From: Amphiscolops sp. MND2022
Taxonomy: Eukaryota
Length of the DNA: 64,000 nt
Assembly: GCA_964187785.1 (NCBI GenBank)
Contig: OZ076409.1
Location: 22,694,001 to 22,758,000 of the forward strand
Direction: 5' to 3'
Of this stretch, positions 35,101 to 47,100 are shown piece by piece. Numbering within the stretch: position 1 is the first letter of the stretch; each line of letters opens with the position of its first letter. Position numbers and translations under genes: made by a program. The notes beneath the pieces were generated by a model. The model saw nothing but the letters and a program-made list of their open reading frames with translations. It searched no databases and was not told the DNA's origin.

Positions 35101-38100
35101 TTGGTTCTCTCCTATACAGGGCAGAATCTCGAAGAGCTGATTATGCTCCTTTTTTGTCCTGCTTGAACGTTTATTTTAGTCTTTTCATAATTATGTTGGA
35201 TTACGTAATCGTTCAAGAAAAATAAACTTTCAACTTTCTTTCAATTTTTTCCAATTCGTCCAAACAATTGTCTAATGTCAAAGAAGAAGCCTTGTAGTAA
35301 CCTTGTGAATCCCTTTATGCGGGAAGAGACATCAGTTACAGATGCTGCTTGCTTGGAAATTTCCAACTTTGATATCAGTTTTTAGTCGGCGCTTCATGAA
35401 GTGAAACGCGACTATTATAGTGACCCTTTTTTATTCAATCCACACGAACTGACCAAAATAGTGCTTAAACGTTCTACAAAGTATGATGGTCCCGAATTGA
35501 ATCATTTGGCCTAGCGGATTGAACCAAAAAAAGTTCCTGTTTTTCCGCGTAACATACCGTACCGGAGAGACTAAAGGGTCCCCTTTCAGTTTTTTGGCAT
35601 CGTGAGACTTTTTTTCGAAAAAAATTCCCCAAAGGGTCCCCCCTTCAATTTTTTGACGTTTTGCAACAATGGATGTTGAAAAATTCGAAAGGGTCCCCCC
35701 TTTTAGCGCCAGCTCGGTCGTTTGGGTTTTTCGTGAGTTTGATAATCTTTTTGTGAGTTTGATACTTTAAGCTTTTTGAGACTTTCATGTCGTTTTGCTA
35801 TTTTTGAGCCTAAGATATGGCGCCGACTTATGCCGTTCACGGCTTGTTTCATTCAAACTTGATTTGTAAAACCTCGGAGCCTAATCTCAAAGAGCGAATC
35901 GATGGTGTGAAAACCTATAACTAGCATAGCCAGTTGAAACTGAACAGAATGTGAACAGTTTGAAACCTTGAGTTTTTAGACTCTGCCAATATCACAACTT
36001 GAGTGATTCAATTCAGTCATTCACGATGGAGCCGAGTTTTGTTACACGCACATGTGGTGGGTGTTTCAGTTAACTTTTCGTTGCGAAATTTTGCTTCTCA
36101 AGTTTTTTGAGTTCCGTGATATTACGAAAAAGGAATCCATTAAAGAAATTGTTATAACGCTAAAATTTGTCCAAAGGGACTTTTCGTGTGTTCGTGTTTT
36201 GCCTTTGTCAAAAACTGAGTTTCGACTTCGAGATTTCTTCATCTTTTGTTATTTTAGGGAACTTTTTAATAATGAAAGGCAAGGAGATTTTAGATATAGT
36301 GGACAGTAAAGAGCAGTATGGGAGATAAATGTTGTTAGTGAAAAACCTTCCTCACTGTAAAACTGAAAATAACGAACACTTCCAGAACAATAGGTTCTCA
36401 TCAAATTTGTTTGGTTGAAATATTTGAAACATAAAAGTCCATCATTCAAAATCTGCTCTTCTAAATTAATGGCTTAATCTTCATTAACCTGTAGCTGTTC
36501 TATAAAACCGTATATTAGCTAAGGATTAAATTACATGATATATTTAAATTCACAGGAGATGCGGAAATACAAAAAATCAAGGCAGCCATTGAAAAAGCGA
36601 AGATGTTGATAATTGAAGAAATGGACAAACGAAAGGAGTCGTTGATCAAAGAAGTTTCAACATACGTTGAGAACACGGTCAAAACATTAGACGCGCAACT
36701 TGTTCAATGCGCCACGGCACAAACGGATGTGGAGCATCGCTTGGTCAAAGTGTCGCCCATTTCGACGAAAGAAGAGAAAGCGGAAGGGGTTGAAAACGCG
36801 GCGGCTAACAATGATGATCTTTTGCAACTGTGTCAGACTCAGATCACGTACGGGAAGTGCTTGAAGATTCTGGAGAATTGTGTGAAAGATCAGCCGGAAG
36901 TCAAAGCAACTATGCTCAAGTTTTCAGACAACGCTGATTCAGTGAACCTGTTAAACACTGTGGTCAATTACGGCGCTTTGAAAGGTTAATGATTCTTTTA
37001 TTGCGCCAACAAGTCAATGTTTTTAAGTGCTATAGCGGCAAAACGTTTCTTTTTTGTGGAAATTTATGAATCATGCTAAAAATCATTTGAGATATAGTTC
37101 AAAAGGCCTAAACGGGAAGGAACACAAGGAATAAGAAAATATCCAAACTTGAAAAAGTACTTACTTGCTCTAAAACGAATGCGGTTTAGTAGACAACAAG
37201 ACATCTGCAGATCACTGGCACTTTGCATTTTAGGTTTTTTTTTGAAAAATATAGTGAGTAGCTAAATAAATTCGCGTTTATCCCTGAGGACATTTATTAC
37301 CATCCCTAAGGAACTCCAAAAACTGCATAAAACAGTGGCAAAAGGAAAAATTTCACACTTTTTGTTAACTTCAGCCTCTTTTGACAAAAATTCTAATGTA
37401 TTAACAACTACAAGAGTAAGTTACAAAAATGTTTCGTTGTTTAAAACTCGAACTCACAAAACATCCAGTACACATTCAAAAATTAAAAAAAAACGGACCC
37501 GTTTTTTTCAATTCATTTTTTTAAAAGAAGAGTTTTATAATTCTTTTAACCAAAGTACGCTGAGTAATTATTTGCTTGCTGTTTCAACCCGCTGGATCTG
37601 GCCCTGATACCTCAAAAATTATGTAGAAACTGCATAAAACGTACGAAAGTTTTTGCTATTTTTGTTTTTTTTTTTCGTCAAAAAATCTATTGTTCTTATA
37701 GAAAAATTTCCCTGAGCGCTCAATGCTGTATTTAGGAACGCTGTGCATACTCAATATACAAGAAAACATCCGTGAATTGTACACCAACTGCATGAAATAA
37801 TCAAAAATTTAGCAGTAAGAAAAAAATTAATTGCTAATTACGAAGGTGGGAATTCGAAAGAATTTAGGCTTTGCTAAGTTGGTGCGTTTTTCAGATATTT
37901 CTCCCCATGTCATAGTATGGTACCATTTTCGTAGCCAAGTGTATGAAGTTCGTGTTTTTATTTTCCGCCCATATTTCATATGGGAAAGGAAAATATTTAA
38001 ATCAAACGGGTTTTTTTTTTTTTTTTTTACAAAATTTGCCAAGATTTTATTTATATTTAAATTTAAGGGTGTTACCCATAGAATTCAACCCACATAAATT

Positions 38101-41100
38101 TAGCTTCGTGCGATATGTATTTGTAGAGATTTTTGAAGTTTTTTTAAAAAATGACGAAAATGACCCCTTAATGACAAAATGACCCCTTAATGACAAAAAT
38201 TCCCAAATTTCTCATTTTTAAACGTTTTTATGCAATTTTTGCCATTTTTTTGAGAGACACCGCGAATTAGAAAAATGGACAAGATGAATCGAAGCTTTCT
38301 TTTCTTCGAACTTCTCAGCGTTTTTATAGTGCATTAGTTATTCTTGAGCCTCATTTATGTAGTTGTAGAACAGTTCGGGGCGGAAAATATCCCGCTCCTC
38401 AGCGGGCGTCTTGTTTTAATACATATGCTACGAAACTATTTTGCTGGTAGTTGAATTCTGTGGAAGAACATCTTTAATTTAAGCATGAAATTGGGACATG
38501 GCAAATTAAGGTGAAAAACGCTGCGCATTTAGTAATTGTTTTCAAATGAAAACAAAACAAAACAATACGAAAACTCTTGTCGACGCACCGCTTAAAGCCT
38601 AAAAATCGCACAACCTCAAAGTCTCAAAAATGCTCACAGTGACTTCAGTTTTCATAAAAATCAGAGATCATAAAACTCCAAATGTGCACCCTGTGGCTTT
38701 AAAAGCACCTTTCTTTGACTGAAATCATCCAAAAATATCAATTTGGTTAAAGAAGCCCTCCTTTGTTGAACTTTTATTGCTGAACTTTTGGAAAAAAAGT
38801 CTCATAGTGCCGAAAAACCTCAATGGGAGACATTTTGATACTTTCCAGCCTTGTTGATGTTTCAAGTTAGTGGTCCTAGATATGAGATGGTCCTAGATAT
38901 ATTTCAGATTGGCTTCACGATGATATGAAGTCACCGAAGGAGATGAGCAAATGGAAAGAAAAAGTGGATTAGTCTCTGTGACTAATGACGAAAAACCAGA
39001 AAAATTTGCTTCTGTAAGAGTAATACTCGGCTACTAATAATTAGTTCAAAGGATGTTTGGTTTGATATTTGTTGTAGAGCGAGAATGGGAGCTTAAGATG
39101 ATGTTTACTCTTTCGTTTCAGGCTCAGCAGCTTTGGAGACTAACCTAAAAGCATCGGAGGGATATTTATCTAAGGCACTCAGCAGTCAGGGTATTCAGTC
39201 CAAGCGCTTGCACCGCTACAGAGCCGTAGTCGGAGGAACACCTCTCTTCTCCACTAACTTCCGGTTACAACATCCTGTTTTAATTAAACCCGAAATTTGT
39301 TTTAATGGTTATTTGTTTCCAATTTTTAGTCGGCACTTTATGAAATAAAACGCGCCTATTATAGGAACTTTCCGTCGTGCTTTTTTTCAATCTGTCCGAA
39401 AAGACCATTTGTAGCCGAATGACAAAATCCAAAAGTCTACAACAAAATTGTACAAATTGGCAAGTTGGTCGGAAGGATCTCCCCAGTGTTCGAAACCATG
39501 GCATCCTTGCCAAGATCCATGGCAAGTTCCTTGGCAGCCTTGTCAAGATTTTGCCATGATCTTGCCATGATCTTGACAAGCGTTCCATGTATCATGATTT
39601 GCGATGATCTTGACAAGGGTACCATGGTTAACCATGATTTAGCAAGATTAACGATGATCATGGCAAGCGTTCCATGGCTTCGCACACTGGGTCCCCATTC
39701 GTAATTTCACATACTTATTCGGAATAAAAGAAATTTGAGTGTTATTTTCGGAACTGTGCAACTTTTTCGAAAACATTTCTTTTGCTTTGTTAAATAATCC
39801 CTCTTTCGTTTTGTTAGATAATTTTGGACGAGAAGAATCGTTTTAAGCCCAAGGGGTCCCCGCTTTGGGTTTTTTTCAGCACTGTACGACTTTTTTCAGA
39901 TTTTTTTTTCACAAAAGAGTTCACTTTTCCTATAATTTTTTCCTCCAGATGAACTGCTTGCCCAACCATTTTGCTTTTTTGGGTTTCAAAAGATAAAACA
40001 TAAACTTGGTGTGTTCTTAGGCGTTTTATACTCTTTTTGATGAGTGATCGCGCTTCTTATACGTGATGATCATACATCGATATCCCGTGAATTCCCATGG
40101 ACACAGTTCCACGGTCTTTGGTCTAGCGAACCATGAATCATGGATGGATCATGTAGGAAATGAAAGCTTGAAAACCTGGACAGTTCTACCAGTCAACTTG
40201 AAGTTGAAAGAAGTTGAAACAACTCGGTTTGTTTGCAGGTCTGCTGGTGAGTCAGGGGACTCCCACTTAGGGGTTAAGGGGGGAGGGGCCAATGCGAAGA
40301 GTGGGGACTACATGTGTGTGCTCAAGGACGACCGAGTGGCAGTGAGTTGCATGGAAGAGTCAGCAGTGTTTGTGTATGACAAGAGTCTAGAGAACAAGGA
40401 CACAATCAAGATAGAGCAGAGCACCTCCCTGAAGGTATGAAAAATCCCCTATCGAAACTTCATTACATTATCTCCCCTAATACTAATAATGATAATCTTT
40501 TCGCAGGTAAAGAACTCCATTGAACATTTTATGAAGGAGTGCTTTTTCCTAATTGATGATTTGCTGCTTGAGGCTTCGTTTTTGGAAAAGTTCTAATTTC
40601 GAATATTTTACTTCATCATTAAATTTTTCTTCATTATAAAATTTGAAGATTCATGGTTATCAAAGGTTGTGCAAATTGACGCTCTGAAATGTTCAATAAT
40701 TTCGGAACAATGGTCTTCATTTTCAGGATGCTTGGATGCAGGAACTATTCAAGTTATACTTCCGTCATTTCAATTTCGTCTTCAAGTTTTTGTGAATGAT
40801 TCCATTTAAGTGAAAGATGGTTTCAAGATCAGAGCAGAAAGTGCAAAGTTGTGATGTACGTTTCAAGCGATTAAATCACGTGATGATATTGCAGTCCCTG
40901 ATTGTAACTGATTGAATGTTTTACATGTTTCTGTAGAATGTCAAGGATTTTATTACGATTTTACAAAATTCTGAGCAAAACTTTCACGCTAGAAAGTTCT
41001 ATTGAATGAATGATACTCTTGTATCATATTTTCATCCATGTTCCATGCATGAATTTTTACACGTTTCTATAGAATGATAAGCATTTCATCATGATTTTAT

Positions 41101-44100
41101 AAGTTTCTGACCGAAACTTTGATGCTGGAGATTTGTCTTTTGTATCATACTTTCATCCATGTTCCATGAATTTTCACATGTTTCCGTAGAATGCTTAGCA
41201 TTTTATTATGATTTTGACTGAATCTTTCATGCTTGAGACATGTCTGTTGTATCTTACATCCATGTTCCAGGGTATCGCCAGCACTAACTCTAAATTAGTC
41301 TTGCTTCTTCGCAACACCCTGGAACTCTACTCCCTGGACAATCTAAGAGTGAGTGGCAAGTTTCTGGGTAGCAGTGAACTAGTGAACCCTATCTCCCTCA
41401 CAGCCTCTACTAACAAGATCTTTGTGTACGACCAAGACAGAGACCGCTCTTTCCACTACATCGCCATTTTCGACTCCTCTGGCAAATATTGCTCTAAGAA
41501 GTTCATAGCTGAGGCCCGATGTGATCTCAGCGCCACCATCTCCGCTTCAAAAGTAGGTTTCTCCTTTTCACCGCCAGGGGGCCACTAATTTTCTATTCTT
41601 CCAAAGTGAAGTTTTTCAGCCACTTTTAGGAAACCTTAAAAATATGGCATATTTATTTCATTTGACCTTGCTGTGCTTGGTTTGATCTACACTGTACTGT
41701 TAACAATTGTTATGTCTCGCAAGTTTATACTGATAGAATTATAAAAAAAGTTGTTGTTATTCAACGTCAAATACCAAGCTACCAAAAAAGCGCATATTCA
41801 AAAATCTGTAGACATCGATGAACGGCGTCGTGGAAATCCAAGAATCACTTCTGAAATCATGACTTGTTGTTATTTTTGATACATTAAACAATCGAGAATT
41901 CGAACTCATAAGTACTCAAAACGTACTAACGAACTCAAACGTACTAATCAAAAAAATCTTTCTCGGAATTTTGACATTTAGCAGTGAAAAGTCACCATCA
42001 CAATTATTAGTGGTGGTGATTTCTCGCAATGTTTTGAAATTGACAAAATCGCAGTTTTTAGTGGCGAACTATTTTTTCCGACAGAAAATTACCTGAAATA
42101 AATTTTTCAAGAAACTTCGTAAAAAATCTTTAGATGTTCAAGGAAGAAGCAGCCTGCATTTGACGGCATCATGTAAAATGTTACAACAGCCAATTTTAAT
42201 TAAGGTACGCAACCGGTATAGTCTCTAAGAAATATATAAAGAAAAAATCGAACAGAAAAGATCTCACAAAAAGCCTCAATAAAGTGCGTGGAAATTTTAC
42301 ACATACACGACCACCTTTTAACGCAAATTGTTTATTCAATTTTCAGGAACCCACGTTTGTGTTATTTTTGGGTCCCTTTATCCCAAAGCATTGCCATTAG
42401 TCGCATATTCGTTGATATCCTAAAGCAGTTAAGTATTCATTAGTAGTAGTTTATTCTTAATCACGATCAAAATAGTAGGATTCTCTGACTTTTCAAAAAA
42501 GATACAAACTAATCACCAATTTGTTTGTTTTAGTAAAAGTTGACATTTCAATAGATTTTTTGTAACTCAAATATTTTACACAGGACCATTGATCGGGCGA
42601 TTAACGCTCGGTTAGGTTAGTCCATTCATCGAAACCTGCTATTTCGTGATAAAAAGTTACAATAGTAGAATAACAAACCAGGAACCGCATAAGTCGGCGC
42701 CATATCTAAGACTCAAAAATGGCCAAAAGACTTCAAAATGTCAAGCATTCTTTTACAGTACACGAAAAACCCAAAAATTGGACCAAATTGGCGCGCCGGG
42801 GACCAAAGCTGGCGCGCTAAAAGGGGGGACCCTTTTGGAATTTTCAATATTTCTGTCGCAAAACATCCAAAACATTGAAGGGAGACCCTTTGGGGACAAT
42901 AAAAATTTTTTGAGAAAAAGTCTCAACGCCGAAAAAACTGAGAGGGGGACCCGTTGGGATTTTTCAACATCCTTTCTGCAAAATATCAAAAAAAGAAAGG
43001 AAAACCTTTGGCGAAAAAAAAAATTCGAAAAAAAAGTCTCACAACGCCGAAAAAAAACTGGAAGGAGGGACACTTTAGTCTCGCCCGCTATTGTATGGTA
43101 AGCGGGAAAAAAAGGAAAAACCTTTTTGGTCCTGTTCCTTGGGCCAAATGCTCCATTTTGACAACATAAAATTTCGTAGAACTTTTAGGAACTAATTTGG
43201 TCGGTTCGTGTGGATTGAAAAAACTGATAATTAAATTGTCGCGTTTCACTTCATGAAGCGTCGACTAAAAATTGAGTGGTCGTTTTTTCCGTCCTCCTGT
43301 TTCTAAGTTTCAAAAACAAAAAAAAAGTTCTATCAAATTCAAATGGCAAAATAAGAAAATAGGTTCACAGCAGATGTCTTGGAGATATTTCAACTTGTCA
43401 TTTCAATGAAGTTTTGGAGTGAAAAGTGCCCGAAAACGCACAAGACTTGCATCCAAAATAGCCTAAAAACTGCAAATATTTCAATCAGTGGCCATTTAAA
43501 GGAGTTCCGAGTTGAACTACGAATCAGTAAGCTATACAGTACTGATTCGTACAGTAAGCAATACAGTAAAAATTATGTGAATTTTGACGATGTTTCAAAT
43601 ATTCATCCAAAACTCAATATATTATTACCAAGCTTTACGACGGCCTGGTTGACAACTTGTAAAGTATCTTGCTTTTCAAAATATAGGTGATTCCACTCAA
43701 TGCGTAGCAGTTCAAATCAACCTTATTTTTATTCAAACGCTTGTTGCTAAACACTTGCCTAGAAAATCCTCTGCATTTCCAGCCTTATTGACAAGAAGCT
43801 AATAAAAAATAACTTCTTTCGCTTGATAAGGATGAAATTGGCGTAAAGGATCACCAAGCAGGAAAACCTTTTTGGCTTTGGTTAATAAAAAACTTGCAAG
43901 ATCGGATCTCTGTCGAACTACATTTTCTCTCAAAGTGGCCAATAAAGGTGGTTGTTACCGCCTATAAATAGGACGATGATATCATAAAGATCTTTTTTAG
44001 GTAAATGAAAACGTGTTCTATTTTTGCTCCAGGCCGTGATAAAACGTTGACTTTAGCAAAATCGAGCCCTTTTCCTTGGCCATCCGAAATTGAAATTTTT

Positions 44101-47100
44101 CTGGTTTTTGAAACTTTGAATAGACGATATCCCATCCTTCTTCAATGAAAAACTCGGCTAGAGTTATTTTGAACAAGTTTCTGAAGTCGGTGAAGCAATT
44201 ACTGCATCTTTAAGTTTGTACTTATTCTGTTTCACAAACATGAAGTAACTTTGAAATTTCAAACGATGACTATAGAAATCAACTTAGCTGTCTCGATGAG
44301 TAATAGCGTTGTTGATCTGCTAAACCAATTAAAAAGTCCTAATCGTTGCGTCCACGATAATTTTCTCAAGCAAAAGTATCGCAACCATATGCAATATAAG
44401 TAAATTGATGTTGGAACTTCGAAACAATATAATGTCACTTTTTCTACTCTAAAAAAACTCTTCAATAGCCAGAGTTAACTGAAATAATTGCACGAGAATC
44501 TTCCAAGCTTTCACTTTCTTCAATACGTGAGTAGCAAAGTCGACCGTTTGGTTCTCTACTTGGTTTGGTCTTTTTTGATAGAAGTTAACTCTGGTTACTT
44601 TTACATACAGGAAATGCCCCAGGATTGACGTTTATAGTTAAATTCACTATGACCATAAAAGCGCCTTGATATATAAAACAAGTTGATACAACTTACACTT
44701 CTGATTTGTAAACATACACCAAAATATGTAAAAGTATATATAGGAAGCATACATTCAAGCAAAATTAAGGCATAGATTTATTTGTTGTTTATTAATTAGC
44801 GATGTTCTCAAATAATCCCCGTGGATTAGCGATGTTGTCAAATAATCAACGTGGATCCTAGAAACACCCACGTAGCCCAAATATTGCGTTCACAACCAAC
44901 TAAGTACAGTAAACAAATTGTAAAGTCCAAATATACACTGACTTTTAAAAAATGATCAAAAATGACCCAAAAGAAAAAAGATTTTAAATTTGTTTGGCTC
45001 CAATTTTTGTCTAGATTGCTCATTTGTGTCAAAATATGTCGAAGGGGAGGAAAACTGACACTCAAATGCAGTTCCACACACTTTTACAGCATTTTGAAAC
45101 TAGGTAAACTGACCATTTTTTTTCTTCAATTTTCCTGACCATAGTTTGAGACGCCAACTANNNNNNNNNNNNNNNNNNNNNNNNNNNNNNNNNNNNNNNN
45201 NNNNNNNNNNNNNNNNNNNNNNNNNNNNNNNNNNNNNNNNNNNNNNNNNNNNNNNNNNNNNNNNNNNNNNNNNNNNNNNNNNNNNNNNNNNNNNNNNNNN
45301 NNNNNNNNNNNNNNNNNNNNNNNNNNNNNNNNNNNNNNNNNNNNNNNNNNNNNNNNNNNNGCATATGTGGTACAAATGTGGCAGTTTAGGTGGGTATGAA
45401 TAACAATCAGCTACTGAGAATTCATTTTTGAAGAAATATCAGCAGTTTTCCTAAAAAGTCACAAGAGTGTTTGTTCCTGGCTACGTTGATAAGTGTCTGA
45501 TTATTATATGGCACCACACAAATGATCTTCTATGACTTTACTTTTATCAATCAGGTCTCTTTTACTATCCAAACTAGGGTTAACTTGGAATCATAAACTG
45601 TCATGGGCGTCACATTCCTCAGTCTGGAATCATAAATTCCCCCGGGTTGCCTTGGAATGCAATTTTTACAAGAACTTTTAATGAAGATGAACTTGCAGTA
45701 TGTGAAGCCGAGGGTAGAATCAGCAATTGAGCCACGTTACCTACAAAGAAAATTTTGGACAGTCTAAACTCCGTAGATTCTTGAGCAGAGTTAGAACTGT
45801 TTAAAAAACCAAGTCACTCTTTCATCATGTTTTGTGTTTAGTTTCATTAGTCGTCATTATAGTAACATTTGCGCTTCTTACTACTTCAATCATTAATATA
45901 TCAGCAAAAGACTCATAAAACAGTTTATTGAAAGGCTTCCTTGGGTTTTGTGGTAAAAAGAAGCTATTTTGAGTTCAACAACGTAACAAACAGCTCCTCA
46001 AGATGCTTTTGTAAACAGAAATAATAATTTTCGAAATTTGGATAAATTGAGCCCAAAAGTGTCGAGTTTTTGGAAATTTACATTTTTTGCAAATTTTTGT
46101 TTATTGACTTTTTCCATATTTTAGAAAATTTTGTCATTATAATTAGACAAATTAGGCAATCGTTTTTAAAAAAAACTGCAGAGTGAACTGCGAAGACATG
46201 AAAGTCGCTTTCAAGAAACATTATAGCTAATTAGAAGTTGAAAATGAAGTTCTACAAGTTCCAATCAAAGGTAAAAGACATTTCAAAAATTACTTTTGCA
46301 TATATCAGGACATAGTAAATTGGGTTACGCTAAACTTTGTTGAAAAGTATCCGGAAAAAATTGCAAAATTTCAAAATATTCGCGTTTTCGAAATCTTGAT
46401 TTTGGACGAGAGGAGACCTTTCGACGTTTTTGTTTCTAAAAGTTAGAGTAAGTGTTTGATCCAGTGTAAAAACTCTTGCAACTCTCGATAAGAATCTTGG
46501 ATATTCCTGGATTTCTTGGTGAAAATCTTGCCAAGATTCTTACCAAGGAATCCACGAATTTGTAAGATCTTGCAAGATCGTGCCAAGTAATTCAAGAGAT
46601 GAACTGACAAAAGTGAATGAAAACAAACAAAAACCGCAACTGCAGCTTGATCAGCGTACCTTTTATGCCGCAGGTTTTTGCGCTACCAACGAGGGTTTAT
46701 TTGACATAGCCTCCTCTCGTTGTTTGATTTAATAGACGCTGATAATGACGTTTACACCAACATTTTGGCCGCTCATTTGCTTCCTCATATGTTTCGGGGA
46801 GAACTTTTGCAGCAAGACAATGCTCCACCATATATAATAAATCGGCAGAAACTTCCACATGGTTTCTCGAAAACGGTGTCGACGTTCTTGAAAACTGGCC
46901 CCAAACTCGCCAGATCTCAATATTATCAAAAATATGTTGTCTATTCTAAAAGGCAGAGTTGCGAAGAGACAGCTCAAAACTTTGGAGGACTTGGAAACTT
47001 TTGCGCTTGAAGAATTTTACGCAAATCCTGACGAATATGCACAAAAACTTTTCAAGTCGATAAAAAATCGGTTAATTATTACTAAAAATAACCGGGGAGG

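Noticed and set aside
39181..39196. Donor CAGG|GTATTC as the end of exon 6
   Set aside because: It is phase 1, incompatible with the phase-2 start of exon 7 unless an unseen exon intervenes.
45100..45403. ORFs made of X residues
   Set aside because: Artefacts of the N gap.
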